NCBI GenBank assembly: GCA_963752035.1
Contig: CAVVWZ010000065.1
Location: 7,817 to 71,816, forward strand
Length of the DNA stretch: 64,000 nucleotides
DNA from: an uncultured delta proteobacterium
GTDB lineage: Bacteria; Desulfobacterota; WTBG01
Direction: 5' to 3'
The notes beneath the pieces were generated by a model. It was not told the origin of the DNA and did no database searches. It saw nothing but the letters and a program-made list of their open reading frames with translations. Numbering within the stretch: position 1 is the stretch's first letter; each line of letters opens with the position of its first letter. The translations under genes and the position numbers were made by a program. This document shows, in pieces, positions 62,910-64,000 of the stretch.

Positions 62910-64000
62910 ATGGTTGACCAACTGAAGGTTCTCTTTCTGTCTCCAGAGGCGGTTCCATTTGCTAAGACCGGAGGTTTAGCTGATGTAGCGGGAGGTTTGC
63001 CCGGTGCACTAAAGCATCTGGGGGTAGATATAAGAACTGTCATGCCCCTCTACGACATGGTCAGGAAATCGAATACCAGGTTAAAGCTCCTGGTTGATGA
63101 CCTTAAGATACCACTCGGCAGGGAGACCCTTACCGCCCGGGTGTGGGAAACAAAGGGTATGGGGAAAGTTCCCGCATATTTCCTGGAGCGGGATAGACTT
63201 GTTTAACCGGCCTGACCTTTACGGAGACGGCCGGGGTGATTACGATGATAACCTGGAGCGTTTCAGTTTCTATTCCCACGGTGGACTGAGTATTGCTGAG
63301 AAACTTTCCTTTTCTCCCGATCTGATTCACTGCAATGACTGGCAATCCGGACTTGTACCTGCCCTCATTACAGGGCCCTATTCGAAAAACCCTGTGGTTG
63401 GTAGATCAAAAACCATTTTCACCATTCACAATTTAGGTTACCAGGGGATTTTTCCAGCAGAAAAACTGGACATAACTGGTCTTCCCCGCGATCCCTTTTT
63501 CCGAATGGAAGGTCTTGAGTTCTGGGGGAACATAAGTCTTCTCAAGGCCGGCATTGTCTACTCCGATGCTATTACTACAGTCAGCCCAACCTATGCCAGA
63601 CAAATCCAGACCAATGAATATGGCATGGGGATGGAGGGCATACTCCACCACAGAAAATCTTCTCTGTCCGGCATTCTCAACGGTGTTGACTACAAGATCT
63701 GGAATCCAGCCAGGGATAGTCATTTGAAAAACCAGTACTCACCTAGAAAAATAAAAGGAAAAAGCATCAGCAAAGAATCCCTCCTTCAAGAAATGAATCT
63801 CAGTCATTCTCTCAAAAATAAACCCCTGCTTGGCATGATCTCTCGGCTTGATTCTCAAAAAGGGCTCGACATCTTAGTAAAGATACTGGATGATATCCTC
63901 TCTCTCGATGTGGGTTTGGTAATACTGGGTACTGGGAATGCTTCTATTCAAAGAACACTCAGAAAGGCAACCAAAAATAATCCGGGACGGGTAGGGATTG
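62910..64000 (+). CDS. glgA: glycogen synthase GlgA (partial, runs off window), frameshift near 63195-63210
   Basis: N-terminal KTGGLADV motif in ORF 62907-63206; GlgA continuation (RPDLYGD...NDWQS...) in another frame to window end. Confidence 0.8.

Overview
Feature calls are six-frame ORFs plus family motifs I read by eye from the translations and sequence. They are not database hits, and start-codon choices are approximate.

This 64-kb window is mostly core genome of a Gram-negative, probably anaerobic bacterium with moderate GC content (not computed). The evidence for that is a Kdo/LPS gene set, TolC-like and OmpA-like outer-membrane proteins, a desulfoferrodoxin, an HdrD-like CCG Fe-S protein and a UbiU/V-type U32 peptidase. 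No rRNA, tRNA or CRISPR array was found.

Genes in order, with their frameshifts:
- Start to about 6.1 kb: the end of fabF, rpiB, a dCMP deaminase, then nrdR-ribD-ribE-ribBA-ribH-nusB. ribD is interrupted by a frameshift near 2000.
- 6.7-13.3 kb: an OmpA-family protein with thrombospondin-type-3 calcium-binding repeats (frameshift near 6840), an lpxL-like lipid A acyltransferase, recJ (frameshift near 10340), and a GT2 plus polytopic membrane glycosyltransferase pair.
- 13.5-20.2 kb, accessory-looking: a secreted four-domain rhodanese, a hypothetical secreted protein, an outer-membrane beta-barrel, a processive GT2 synthase with a QxxRW motif, a CcoG/NapH-like polyferredoxin membrane protein, and a YedF-like TusA+DsrE protein.
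- 20.2-25 kb: a lipoprotein and a DUF502 protein bracketed by about 55-bp direct repeats, a YwqK/MORN-repeat protein and two small secreted or lipoproteins.
- 25.2-26.8 kb: a TolC-like outer-membrane protein split exactly at a G9 homopolymer.
- 27.4-37 kb: a D-Ala-D-Ala carboxypeptidase, then kdsB-pyrG-kdsA-kdsD-kdsC-lptC-(periplasmic protein)-lptA-lptB. lptC is frameshifted near 34365, the lptC-lptA linker carries a roughly 185-bp tandem duplication with indels, and lptB is frameshifted near 36930.
- 37-47.2 kb: hpf-ptsN-rapZ-EIIA(Man), with no rpoN between lptB and hpf; rimI, pyrK-pyrD, ispG, proS (frameshift near 44080), relA/spoT and rpmB.
- 48-50.8 kb: an HdrD-like Fe-S protein, a U32 peptidase, and a repeat-encoded lysine/alanine-rich histone-H1-like small protein next to a 450-bp AT-rich region.
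- 51.3-64 kb: two CNNM/CorC-type proteins, desulfoferrodoxin, malQ, an APC permease fused to tandem Usp domains, two GT81 (GpgS-like) paralogues with frameshifted flanking fragments, a YtxH-like protein, and glgA (frameshift near 63200, runs off the window).

Recurring themes:
- At least ten single-frame interruptions hit conserved genes. This more likely reflects an indel-prone assembly than biology, but it needs read-level checking.
- A dispersed family of miniature inverted-repeat (MITE-like) elements sits at eight or more intergenic loci. Each is built from heptanucleotide tandem arrays, (TTCGAYG)n then (TTCTGAC)n, often with an internal CCCTCTCCC/GGGAGAGGG palindrome.

The candidate novel systems here are the rhodanese/beta-barrel/GT2/polyferredoxin/YedF cluster and the direct-repeat-flanked cassette; I see nothing in the window that reads as a new defence system.
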